A DNA stretch of 42,711 nucleotides from Conidiobolus incongruus B7586 (lineage: Eukaryota). The position numbers were made by a program, and so were the translations under genes. The notes under the pieces were generated by a model. That model worked only from the letters and a program-made list of their open reading frames with translations, did not search any database and was not told the DNA's origin. The stretch spans positions 1 to 42,711 of the forward strand of contig JNEM01009158.1 of NCBI GenBank assembly GCA_000697335.1, in the 5' to 3' direction. Shown piece by piece: positions 1 to 12,555 of this stretch. The number at the start of each line of letters is the position of its first letter. Within the stretch, counting starts at the first letter, position 1.

Positions 1-95
1 TTTATAAGTTAATTAATATAAGCAAATATAATATTATTATAAAAATATAATAAAAATTATAAAAATATATAAGAATATTAGTTAATATTAATATT
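1..95. repeat. Left terminal inverted repeat of the mariner element (truncated by the window start)
   Basis: The reverse complement of 8166..8260 (tttgtaggttagttaatataggtaaatataatactattataaaaatatag...) matches tttataagttaattaatataagcaaatataatattattataaaaatataa..., mostly with transition differences. Confidence 0.85.
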
Positions 96-1133
96 AGTTA
101 AAAATTAAATAATGGCACAATTTTAAAATTAAAATTAAATAAATAAATTAATAAATAATATATTAAATTAATAAATAATATAAAATTAATAGCCTTTTTT
201 ATTATTAATAACTTTTTTCTATATCTTTAGTAAGCTTTTAATATCTAAAAAATAGTTTTTTTATTAAAGACTGAAATTTGATATTTTACAAACCAATTTA
301 ATTTGTTTATAAGAATTTTTTTTCCTATAAGATATTTTTTTAATTGTTTAAAACAATTATAATTACATAGGTTAAAATTAAGTGAATACATTAGATATGG
401 TAACTCCTTCTAATTTTTTTTATATAAAAAATCTTTTATAACTTTAATTTTATATATTTTATAATTATCATATAAAATAATAAGTGTCATTAATTTATAT
501 TGAGAACATTATTTAGAAATTGTTTTATTTAAAAAAGTAATATATAACTTACTATTAATTAATTTTCCTTGAGGTATTAAATAAAAAAACTATATACCAT
601 TATAATCTATTATAATAATTAATATTCATTTATACTTAAAATACTTATTTATTAGAATTTATAGAGAGGATTAATTTAACTTAACATTTTATTTTATTTT
701 TAAGTAAAAGACTATATAAAGTAATTTAAGATTTATTAATTATAAATATTTATTATAAAAACTTTTATTTTTAGTTATATCTTAATAAGTTTAGTTTAGC
801 TATAGTTACTTTAATTTTCTTTTAAGTTTTTATTAAATAATAAGGTATCTATTTTATATTTCTATTAATTAATCTAAGTTTAAACTTAAGTAAATATAAC
901 ATACTTGTATAATTAATATTAAATTACTTTAATAATTATCTAGTAGAAATAGAAAGGTATTTCTTAATATATTTTTTTACTCTATTAATAAATGAAAAAA
1001 TAATAGTAGAAATTAGTTTTTTAGATTTTGATAAATTTTAAATAATGTCTTTTCTAGCTTTAAAATCATAAATCTAATAATATATAGTAGTTTTAAATAA
1101 AATACCATCTTTATAAGTTATTTACAAGTTTTA

Positions 1134-1532
1134 TATTAAGAGACTAGTTTTTTAAATTCTTATATATACTTTCATATAATCCAATTAACTATAAATTATA
1201 TGATTAATTTATACTTATATAATTAAATTAATTGTATAAATAGTATTAAATTATTTAATAAACTAGGTTCTTTTTTTTTCCTCTCAATTCTTACTATTTT
1301 TACTTTTACACTATTTCTAAAATTGAAACTATATTCTATTAACATTATAAGATATTAATACTACCTAATATAAATCTTAATATATTAGTGACTCATCCTA
1401 GTTTAAAGCTTAATTAAACTTTGTTTACACTTGCACACTACAGCTACATTATATTACTATATTTTATACCATACTACTTTTATATTAAGTTTTCCTCTAT
1501 ACTATATTAGTTTAATTACCACTATACTTATA
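1134..1532 (+). repeat. 5' LTR
   Basis: Direct repeat of 6660..7058 with no indels. The TG...CA termini are mutated to TA...TA. Confidence 0.95.
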
Positions 1533-1699
1533 TGGTAACAGTAACAAAACTGTTAAAAACCTACTAGAAATTAATAACTACTTGTATCTAACCTATTTAT
1601 TACTATTTTAAATTTTATTTATAATTTATTTCATTTAAATTTAACACTATACACTATAATACCACCAAAAAAAAAGATACCCTTATATTATTTTAATAA

Positions 1700-4600
1700 T
1701 GATAGCAGCTTAATTACTAAATAAATCTAAAACTTTAATCTTTAAAAGTTTACCACCCTCTAAGAAACTTATATTAAACAACTTTTGATTAAAAAAAACA
1801 TGTTTTAAAGAGCTTAAATCTAACAAACCAGCTACTTCACTATAATTAATACATTAAACCACCTCTTTAATATCTTTAAAAACAAATTAACTACTTATGA
1901 TAGCTTAAAAAACCTTTACAAATTTAAAAACTACCTTAAAAACATAAAGAATTACTTTAATTTAATTTTTAATGAAGATCTAAAGAATATCCTTAAATTA
2001 ACCACTTCTTTTTTAGAAAAATTTGTTTATATTTGGTAGTTAACTCATTATAAACTTAATCTTAAAAAATCTTTAGGAGGATAACTTACTATAAAAATAT
2101 AAACTTTTAAACAATTAGAAAAAACCCTTAAAAAAAGGTATTACTTAAAAGATTAAGTTTAATTAATAAGAGAAAAGCTTTCCTAGCTTAAATAAAAAAC
2201 TTCTACAAGATAATTAATTGAGAAATTTAATAAGATATACTTAAACATATTAAATATCACTAAAGAAGAATAAATCCACAAACTATTATAATGCTTTAAC
2301 CCTCAAATAAAGCTTTAGTTAGTTAGTAGGGAACACTTTAATAATATGTCTTTTTTTAACATTTGTGATGTAACAATTATAATTGATAATATCCTTTACT
2401 CTATAACTAAATCTTTTTACCCTAAAAATTAATCTTTTAAACTTTACTCTAACTTACTTAAGTTTCAAATGATAGATATTTTTGTTTTAAGGTTTTATAA
2501 GAAAACTTTTAGTGAAGAAGCTAAAGCTTACTTAAAAACAAACAAAGGTTGTTATTACTGTTAAAAGACTTAAGTTAACTATAAAGTTAATAAATATCCC
2601 TTTAAGAAACAACACTAATCTAATTCTCAACAATTTTAATTTACTAACCATAAATCAAACTTGAATAATATTAATATAACCTTAGAATCACCCCTTTTAT
2701 AATTAGTTAGCAGATTCTAATCTAATCCACAAAAGTTCTAATAAACTAATAATTCCACAAATTAAACTATGTATACTAGAGAAATCTAACTGATTAAACT
2801 ACTAGAAACTAAAAATATTTTAGTAACTAATCTACCTTGTAATTTTTTACCTTTAACTATCACCCTATTGTTTGTGTTAACTAGTTTTTTTATAGATATA
2901 CTTGTTAGTGTTTTAATTAACTTTAGTTGTTCTAGTTGTATTATCTCTTCTTTTATTATTATAAAGCTATCTTTACCTACCTAAAAAAACAACTTAATAA
3001 TTAAATATGCTAACAACTTAATAGAACAAGCATCTGGTACTATATTTAAATACCTATCATTACCCTTTAACTACTCCCAATATATTAAATTCCTAGTTGG
3101 CAACATTAGTTACAATTTTATACTAGGTTAAAATTAGTTTAAATATCACAGTTTTATATCTATGGATATTACCTTAAAAGGTTATAAATCTATTTTTTTC
3201 ACATTCTAAAAAAAATTAGTAGAATTAATCTTAAAAAATCTATATTACCCTACTATAAAACTATTACTTTGTAATTTAAATAATGGGAATTTTTTGCGAT
3301 TGAAAAAAAATAAACATTTTAATATATACAAAGTAAAAATAAATATATAATATAAAAATAAAAAACTATTTATTTTCCTATTTGTTTTGTATATATTTGC
3401 TTATTTGAAACTAATAATATGTTTGAAAAATCAGAAATTAAAAAATTTCCCATTTCTTTGATTCCATGGTAATATTAAATGTTTTACTTAACACTAACTT
3501 TACAATTGTGGTAAATAATTCTATTATTATAAGTAAAAATCAATGTAAAAAGCTAATCAAAAACTTAAATAATTTATAAAGGTATATATCTGTTTATTAT
3601 TTATTTATCAACACTTTATTTGTTGATTTTAATGAAGTTATATTTAATAACCACTTTTTATATAATATAATAAGTTAATTTGTTAATGTTTTAAACCTGT
3701 AAATAAATTACCACCTAAATATAATATTAAACACAAAATTAAATTAATCCCTAGTATACAACTATACTTAAAGTTTACTTACCATTTATCTCTTGAACAA
3801 TACTAAACTTTAAAAGAAGAAATCTAAAAACTACTTAAAAATAGGTATATTAGACTTTTTTCCTCACTATAAAAATCTCTAATCTTCTTTGTATAAAAAA
3901 CTAATGGTGGTTAGAGATTATATATTAATAACTATGTTTTAAACTCTAAAACTATTAAGGATAAAACTTCATTATTAAACTTATATGATGTTAAGGATAA
4001 ACTACTTAAATTAACTATATTTACCAAATTAGATGTTAGGAATAAATATTACAATATTAGAGTTGAAAAAAACTTTATTTTTTTAACTACTTTCAACACT
4101 CTTTTAGGCTACTATAAATTTACTGTTATAAACTTTAGATTGTGTAATACTCTTGTAATTTTCACTTAATTCATCAATTCCTTTTTTAACCCTGTTTTTA
4201 ATAACTTTATTATCACCTACTTTGATAATATTTTAATCTATTTAAAAACTAAAGAAGAATATATTTAACATGTTAATCAAGTTTTACAAATTATTCAAGA
4301 ATATAAATTACCTTTAAAACTATCAAAATGTATTTTTGGTACCTCTTCTATCTTTTTCTATAGTTATATTGTTTCCTCTTAAAGAATTAATATTAATCTA
4401 ACTAAACTCAATAGTGTTAAAGTTTTTATTATATTTATAAATAAAGATTAGCTTATGTTTATACTTAGATTATTAAATTACTTTAAAGATTTCATTGATT
4501 CTTTTGTTGAACTTGCTACTTCTTTTATTAATCTCTTGAAGAAAAACTCTCTTTTTAAATAAACCCCACTATATATTTTCTACATAAATACTTTAATTTT

Positions 4601-6620
4601 CTATATTACTAATACTTTTACTTTATTTATTTTTAATCTAAAACTACCTACTATTATTTTTACTAACTTTAATTCTTTTACAATTAGTAGATAGTTAACT
4701 TAATTTGAATTTAATTTATATTTTACCTTATAACTATAAGATAAAATAATAAATAAAAGAGAATAAGTTAAGTTTAACTTTATAAATGTTATTTTAAAAC
4801 CAATAATATTTTAGTTAAGAAAAATAAAACTAGCTGAATTAAAATACCTAGTTTATAAACAAGAACTTTTTGCTTTAGTAGAAATAATCAAAAATCACTT
4901 ACATTTTTTATCCTACAATTTTTTCTTAACACTTACAGATTATAAATCACTTATCTACTTAAATACTTAGAAGCATTTATTAAGAAAATAAGTTAAATAG
5001 ATTAAAACTATTTAAGCTTACTTTTTCTTTATTTAATATCTTTTAGGTTAATAAAACTATATTGTAGATACTTTGTTAAAAAATCTTATATACCTACCCT
5101 TTTATTCTAATTACAAAATCTAGCAAATATTAACTCAATAATTATTAATAAAAGAAATAAAAAATTTATTAAACTACTTTAAGAAACACTGTTAAATAAT
5201 AATTTCTTTATTTTAGTTAAAGAAAAACTCTTTAAACTATTAAAAAACTAACTAAAATATGTTAAAAGATTTAAAATTATCAATAACTTACTATATTATA
5301 ATAATTGTCTATATATTCCTAATATTCTTAAAATCTAACAAATAATATTTAATGAATGCTATAACTTACTTGTTAGAAAACATTAAAACTAGTTAAAAAC
5401 CACTGAGAGAATTAAAATAAAGTATTACTAGATTTCCCTAGTTAAATTAGTTTAGAAATACACTAATACCTGTGATATATACTAAAGAATTAAATATAAT
5501 ACTCAACTAAAATATAGTAAACTTATTCCCCTACAAGTCCCTAATGAAATTTAACAATAAATCCAACTTGATTTCATAGAAATCTTTAAATTAACAAATA
5601 GTTATGATAACTTACTAATTACAATTGATTCATTTTCCAAATATGTTTATTTTATTCTTTGTTTCAAAACTTCTATAGTTAAAAATATTGTATAATTGTT
5701 ATTCTCTAATATCTTTACCAACTATAGAATTCCACAAACTATTATATTTGATAAAAACATATGATTCAACTTTTAATTTTAGAAGTTATTATCCTTTTCC
5801 TTTAAGATTAACCTAGCTATATTTACTATTAATTATCACTAAACCAATAAACTTGCTGAAAAAACTATTAAAACCTTAAAACAAATAATTAAAGCTTATA
5901 TTAACACTAATTAGTTAAATTAAGATACTTATATCTACCAACTTTAATATTTATTCAATACCTTTATTAATAAATCAACAGGTTTTAGCCTTTATTTTAT
6001 CAATTATAATAAATATCCTAATTTAATAATTACTCTAAAACTTTAAATCAACTTACTTTTAAACATTGTTGAATTTTAATCTAATATCAAACATATTAAT
6101 TCTCTTGTTAAATTTAACTTAGAAGAAAATTAAAAGATCATAGAACAATAATACTTAAAGTTATCTAGAAACCCTTTTAAATATAAAACTAGTATGTTTG
6201 TATACTTAGAATAATCTACCCTTAAACTTACCCTACTTAAATCTAGCTTAAATCCCAAATATTTACTATTATATTATAGTCCCTATAAAATTTAATTTAT
6301 TGATTCAAATTTTAAAAATATTACCTTAGAATTACCTCTAACTTTGAGAATCAACCCTACCTTTTACATATTTAAAATTAAACCATACTTTGAAGATTTT
6401 AACACTTTTCCTAATTGATTAAAAACCCTAAAACTAGATCCAATTATTAATTAAGATAGAGAAGAAGAATACTATGTTGATTATATAATTAAGTTTAAAT
6501 CTATTAGGAATAAGCTTTATTTTTATGTAAAATAGATAGGTTATTTTATTAAAAAAGCTACATAAGAACCTCTAGAAAATATTAAGAATACTTTAGCTTA
6601 TTATACCTATTTGTAAAAAA
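1700..6620 (+). pseudogene. Disrupted gag-pol (boundaries approximate)
   Basis: Zinc-knuckle relic CYYC*...Y....YP (~2550). Protease VLINFSCS (from LIDSGCS, ~2910). RT: IFFV*KTNGG*RLYIN (~3880) and YFDNILIY (YxDD, 4218). Integrase CDIY* (~5471). Chromodomain EEEYYVDYII...YVK*IGY...AT*EPLENI (~6460..6585). Confidence 0.9.
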
Positions 6621-6659
6621 TTAGGGAGTGTGTCTCTTCTAAAAAACTTACTAAAGGAG

Positions 6660-7058
6660 TATTAAAAAACTAGTTCTTTAAATTCTTATATACACTTTCA
6701 TATAATCTAATTAACTATAAATTATATGATTAATTTATACTTATATAGTTAAATTAATTGTATAAATAGTATTAAATTATTTAATAAACTAAGTTCTTTT
6801 TTTTTCCTCTTAATTCTTACTATTTTTACTTTTACACTATTTCTAAGATTAAAACTATATTCTATTAATATTGTAGGATATTAGCACTACCTAATATAAA
6901 TCTTAATATATCAGTGACTCATCCTAGTTTGAAGCTTAATTAAACTTTGTTTACACTTACATACTACAGCCACATTATATTACCACATTCTACACCACAC
7001 TACTTTTATATTAAGTTTTCCTCTATACTATATTAGTTTCACTACCACTACACTTACA
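6660..7058 (+). repeat. 3' LTR
   Basis: Direct repeat of 1134..1532. It ends in ...cacttaCA, followed by the TSD. Confidence 0.95.
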
Positions 7059-8165
7059 TTTTAAATAATTTTAAAGGGTTTATAATTAAGTTTTAAAGAT
7101 ACAAAAATAAAAACCTTTTGATATTTATAATTTAGTTTAATTATGATTAAATTTAAGTATAAATCTTAAAATCAAAATATTTTAATAAAAAAATAATTAA
7201 AATTAAATATATATATACTAACCCACAAAAGTAAGTTATAAAATTATAATTATATATATTATTATTAATAGCTTTATTAATTCTTAATCAAATTAATTTA
7301 AATTAAAATATATAATAAACTTATATTATTTATTTATAATTAAATATATTTGGTCTAATTATATTAACTATTAATTGATATATTAAAGTTTAAATTTTAC
7401 TTAAGATAAGTTATAAATTTATGTATTTTAATTATAAAAATAGTTAAAACTTAATATATCTACTTTTTACTTTCTTAATTTTTTTAAGTTTATAGGGTAT
7501 AAAATCAACTAACTTTCTATATTAAAAAAGATTAATTTTATTCTAAGCTTTTTAAATATATTTTTAAAACTTATTTAAATTTTTTGTTAATAGGAAAGCT
7601 TTAATTATTTTTTTTAATTAATCCCAAAGGTATTTAATTAAATTAAAGTTAAAAGATTAAAGAAGTTACTTTATAAATATTATTTTATTATTTTTAAATT
7701 ATTTAGTAATAGAAATAGTAGTATAACAAAAAACATTATCTTATTAAAAAATAACATCTGATTTATTTAACCTATACTATTTAATAGTTTTTTTTAATTT
7801 ATTATTGAGAATATTTTAGTATATTTCAATATTAATTCCCCTATTAACTTTATAAAGATATTTTATACTAGAAGATAATATATATCCTTAAATTATAATT
7901 AACCTATGATTATATTTTTGGGTTGAAATAACATAATAGTTATAAAGTAGTTTTTTGTTTTTTCTAAAATATCTAGCTTTTTTATTAGATTTACTAAAGT
8001 ATATTTTTATTTTATTAAACTAAATAACCTTACTCTAATTAGTTTTACTTTAACTTTAATGATGATATTTAAACTCCTACCTAGTTTTATAATAAAACTT
8101 CTTTAGTTAAAGGTGTTTCTTTTAAAATACAAGTGGTATTTATTATAATATAAAGTATATATAAT

Positions 8166-8325
8166 AGTATTAATATTAACTAATATTCTTATATAGTTTT
8201 ATAATTTTTTCTATATTTTTATAATAGTATTATATTTACCTATATTAACTAACCTACAAATATACCTTTTATTATATTTATCTATAATCTTAACACACTT
8301 AAGTTTAAGTTAAAAATATATCCTT
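8166..8325. repeat. Right terminal inverted repeat of the mariner element (outer limit estimated)
   Basis: 8166..8260 pairs with 1..95. The extension to ~8325 cannot be confirmed because the partner lies outside the window. Confidence 0.7.
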
Positions 8326-11149
8326 ATTATAATTTTTAACAGCCTTAACTATAATAAACTAGCTAACATTAATAATTCTAATAATCTTACAAATTGATTT
8401 ACCTTTATTATAAAGTTGATTAATACACAAGTGAATTTTTTTAAAGAGGGATTTAAGTATTTTAATACTAATATTATTTAAAATAATAATTTACAATAAT
8501 AATATTAGTATATATATATAATTTAATAAAAGAAAAAAATTTAAGTAATTTTTATTTTATATGCCTTTTTAACTCTTAAATCTATAAATTTATAACTCAC
8601 CCTATTTAAAATTTAAAATTTAATATATTAACCAATAATATATTAAATATAATTAAATATAGCTTATTATAATCAAGTAATATATTTTAATTATATATAT
8701 AAATTTAAGTTAATATAGTTAAGAATTATTTAAGTTATAAATAAATATATAAGTAATTTTTATTTTATAGCTTGTTTTTGCAAGCTAATATATAACATTA
8801 TTAGTTTTTTAATTGAATCTTTTTTTATTTTAATTTATAATATTAGTTTTTAAAAATCTATAATATATTATAATATCACAATTTATTTTTGCTGATAATA
8901 GCTGAAGTATTGCTTTATTATTAATATTTTTACCTAATAATAATATTTATTTTTTTAGATAATTTTGCTGGAATTTAAAATGATGTTTTTGATTTTTAAA
9001 AATAAACCCTCTGTTTTATTCTTTGGTAATAGACTAAATATTTAAATTAATTATTTATTTATTACAAAATAATTTTGAAATATAATAAGAGAAGAATTTA
9101 TATAATATAAATTTATATTAATATTATATTTTAAATTTAATTATTTATTTTATTTTGATAATTAAAACAATATTATTTCTATTTTAAACTGGCTATGTCA
9201 GTTTATAATAGAAGGATACTTTTTGTTCACTTTGTTTTCTTTATTAAATTATATCTAAATCCTATATTATTTATTTAAGTAATTATTTAAACCCAAAACT
9301 GATAAAAATAGAAAGATAATTTTTTTGGATATTCTGTTATAATATTTTAATAATAAGTTTTAAACTTATAGTCCCAATATATTAAAAAAATGATTAATAA
9401 ATAATTTATTAAATTATGTTTTAAGTGCTTTTTTAACTACAATCTATATTTATATACTTAATATAAAAACACAACACTAGCAATATTTCATTACTAATTT
9501 ATTTAATCCTTAATTAAAAGGTAAATCATTTATACTTTTAATTTTTTAACTTATGACAAATTATCTTTTGTTGAATTCATAATAGAGTTAATATAAAATA
9601 ATAAAGACTGTATTAGTTCTTTTATTAAGATATATAAGTGATATTTAAAATATTTTATTAATCTTATTTGTATTTGTTTAATTGAATAAAAATTTAAAAT
9701 AGCTTAATAAATTAAGTTAGCTATATTTAATTTTCTAACTTTAAATTGATAAAATTCAATTATAATATATTTCATTTAAGGCTTTTTACTATTAACTACT
9801 ATTTAAAGTTTTTTGTGAATAGTTTATATAGAATATTCTATATAATATAATACTTTAATAAATGCTTTTTATTTAACTTAGATAATTTTTAAAATCCTGG
9901 CATTTTTAGTTATATTAATTTTTATTGAAATTATCACAAAAAAACAAAATATTGGCAATATTGCCAACCACTGATATTATTATCTAATAGAATATTTTTC
10001 ATCTTATCTTATAATTATTAGTGTTATTTGTCATTACCTATTTATTCTTTTATTTGTAAAATCTAATATAGGGAGAAGCTAGCCCTTTTTAGGCTATTGA
10101 GATATATTATTTATTATTATTCAATTAAATATTGAATAAATAACTCTTATATATTTACCTTTAATATTATATTTACAAACCCTAATTTCATAGGAAATTA
10201 ACAAAGTATATATAGTGAATATAGTGAGTTATTATATAACTTATTATCATTTAAAATCATATTAAAATTAGAATAATATAATAATGATTTATAAAATAAT
10301 ATTTGATTTAAATATTAGAAATTATCTTTTGAACCACTGATTAAATTAATAGTTTGGAAATATTTAACAAATCTATATTTTGTGCGTTAGTTTATTTTAA
10401 CAAAGCTTTGTAAGAATTATTCCAAGTTTATGATATATATATAATATAAAAATATACATAATTGTTTAATCTAAAAAAATTTTTATTAGTAAATTTAGAA
10501 ATTTTTCTGTGATTTTAAATTTCAATTAAGGATTAAAAAATATTATTTAGTTATTTTGAAGGATATTCTTAAATTAGTTGGTTTTGGAGAAGTTAATTAA
10601 TTATCAAACTTTATTAATTAAAAATCAATATCTTTTTATTAAATATATTATAAATTAGAGGTCATAAAAAAATTAATCATAATTATACTTCAAATAAGGA
10701 ATAGTGATTATTTTTAGAAAATAGAATAATACTTAATGTTTTAATCACCATCAATACTATATTAAAATATTTATGTATACTAGTCTAATTATTTTTCAAT
10801 AATTGAAAAATTTTAAATTTTTCAATTATAGGCATTCAATAATCAAAGTAAATCTGATAAGCATTTATTATATAAATATCATTTATATTATGATAATCAT
10901 TTTTATTATTTATAGTAAAATAATAATATCAAAAGAATTAATAACTTAATTAATATCAAACTAATATTTGAAAGAGTATCAAATAATATTCAAATACCAA
11001 TAATTAAAAACACAAAGATTTTCACTAATTACTCAAATATATTATATCTATATATTATTATTATATAAGAACTGAATTTTGCTCTTGAGATTAAAAAAAT
11101 TTATTAAGTCCTTTCATATCTAAGTTAATCTACAAAATCTTACTTGAAT

Positions 11150-11700
11150 TGCAAATATCAAAAAATTAAAATTAATATTAAATCAAAGATTAATGAGCAT
11201 TTGATAATATTTGCTTTAGTTCATAAATTTTAGGTAATTGAAGACTGGAATCAAGTAATCTATTTTAACAATAGTAAGATTAATAGACTTCAACCTAATG
11301 GTAAAATTTCGGCTTGGAGAAGAAAAGATACAAAATTAAAAAAAAATATCAAGCTTACTGAAAAATACCAAAGTAGAAAATATCAAGATTTAGGTTTAAA
11401 AGATCAGTAATTATGCAAGTTTATCATATTTTATTGAAGGAGATATAGTAAGGAATTTATATAAATTCAACTGGTCTAGTTATTTAACTTTTATACTTTA
11501 TTAGAAATATTAATATATCTAAAATGATTATTCATAATGTTAATAATAAAAATAATCAAATAGTTTTTCAAAGTTAGAGAGTTCAATATATATAACTGGC
11601 TTGCTTAAAGAGTTGATCTAAATCTCATAGTAGATCTATGGGATGTTTGGAACCTATAGCTTACAGAGTATGTAACATTATCGAAATTGATCTTGGAAGT
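11150..11700 (+). mobile_element. Tc1-like (DDE_3) transposase relic
   Basis: HKF*VIEDWNQVIYFNNSKINRLQPNGKISAWRR (~11222..11325) resembles Tc1 W..EDW..VIFSDESK.N...DG...WR. NWLA*RVDLNLIVDLW (~11595..11642) resembles WP.QSPDLNPIENLW. Confidence 0.8.
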
Positions 11701-12231
11701 ACTTATATAAATTGGCATTAAATGGAGCTTGATTTTAAAAAGAAAATAACTAAAATTGATTGAAAGTGTAACTACTCATATAAATAATTCTATCAATACC
11801 AAAGGCAAGTGGACGAACTATTAATGCATAATATTTGTGATATATATAATTTTTTTAATTTGTTGGTTTTAATGTAACAGTATAGCTAAATTATCTATAA
11901 AAAATAATTATAAAATATGATATTAAATAAATTACATAATATTCTATAATTTTTTATTTTTCTACAAAATATTAGTGAAATGAAAATTAATTTTCTCAAT
12001 TTACCAGATATCAAACTAATATAAATTTAAATTAATTAGATTGGGACAGTTTTTAATTAAAAAATTATATTACTCTTATAATTTGATTGATATTTAATTT
12101 TGTTATTTTTACAATCGAACAATTATACACATATTAGAATTAAAGAAATTAAAAAGATATTGAATATTAGTATTAATAAATGGTTGTATATTTATAATAA
12201 TTAAGCTTTTAAAATTTATTTAATCTAATAT

Positions 12232-12555
12232 TTGATCAATAGTAAATTCTGTACTATTATGACCATTTTAGCTACCTTTTCAGCTATCCAGGGTACTACA
12301 AGTTACCAACCAGATTCTCCTATTCACCAGCTCGAATCTGAGCCCGCTTACAATACTTTCCCAGTTGAACCATATCCTTATCGATCCTACCCTATTGAGC
12401 CTATTAAGCCCATCAAACTCATCAGATCATACCTTATCATCCTTTGCGTATCTACCAAATATCCTCTCAACCAATCACCTCCCATTATTCTCTATCCTGG
12501 AATTATATACGTTGAAACTGCTAAACACAAATTGAATCCTAAGTTCTTGAATTAA
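12232..12555 (+). CDS. Small Pro/Tyr/Ile-rich, possibly secreted protein, possibly decaying
   Basis: C-rich island in AT-rich DNA with a weakly hydrophobic N-terminus and P-x-x repeats (PVEPYPYRSYPIEPIKPIK). The first in-frame ATG is at 12259. Confidence 0.4.
   Translation: MINSKFCTIMTILATFSAIQGTTSYQPDSPIHQLESEPAYNTFPVEPYPYRSYPIEPIKPIKLIRSYLIILCVSTKYPLNQSPPIILYPGIIYVETAKHKLNPKFLN

Larger units (their letters stand above)
1134..7058 (+). mobile_element. Full-length but heavily mutated Ty3/gypsy LTR retrotransposon (chromovirus)
   Basis: Two 399-bp LTRs. A 5-bp TSD TTTTA lies at 1129..1133 and 7059..7063. A PBS-like tggtaacag starts at 1533 and a purine tract aaaggag ends at 6659. Domain order is gag-PR-RT-RH-IN-chromo. 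Confidence 0.95.
190..7144 (-). pseudogene. Mariner transposase pseudogene split by the retrotransposon (7144..7064 joined to 1133..~190)
   Basis: Removing the retroelement and one TSD copy restores a continuous frame: YQKVFIFVSLKLNYKPFKII*NL*ITYKDGILFKTTIYY*IYDFK (mariner HTH). There are exactly 34 codons between the second Asp (469..467) and the third Asp, now Asn (364..362). Many TGG>TAG and CAA>TAA stops are present. Confidence 0.85.
1..8325 (-). mobile_element. Degenerate mariner-type (DD34D) DNA transposon with long terminal inverted repeats, interrupted by an LTR retrotransposon; the left end lies outside the window and the right end is approximate
   Basis: 1..~95 is an inverted repeat of ~8166..8260. 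Minus-strand translation gives mutated mariner motifs: K*IPY (WVPH-like, ~850), IINKS*I (DE-S/T-W, ~738) and ILYDN...LPYLMYSLNFNLCNY (HDN...PHPxYSPDxxPxDY, 469..362). Confidence 0.85.

Noticed and set aside
8760..11050. Possible eroded host genes or further TE relics
   Set aside because: I could recover no convincing motif by eye, so the region is left unannotated.
1..11800. Organellar DNA or an alternative genetic code explaining the AT richness and in-frame TAA/TAG
   Set aside because: The stops fall at ancestral Trp/Gln codons of transposons, and the intact genes use standard stops and spliceosomal introns.
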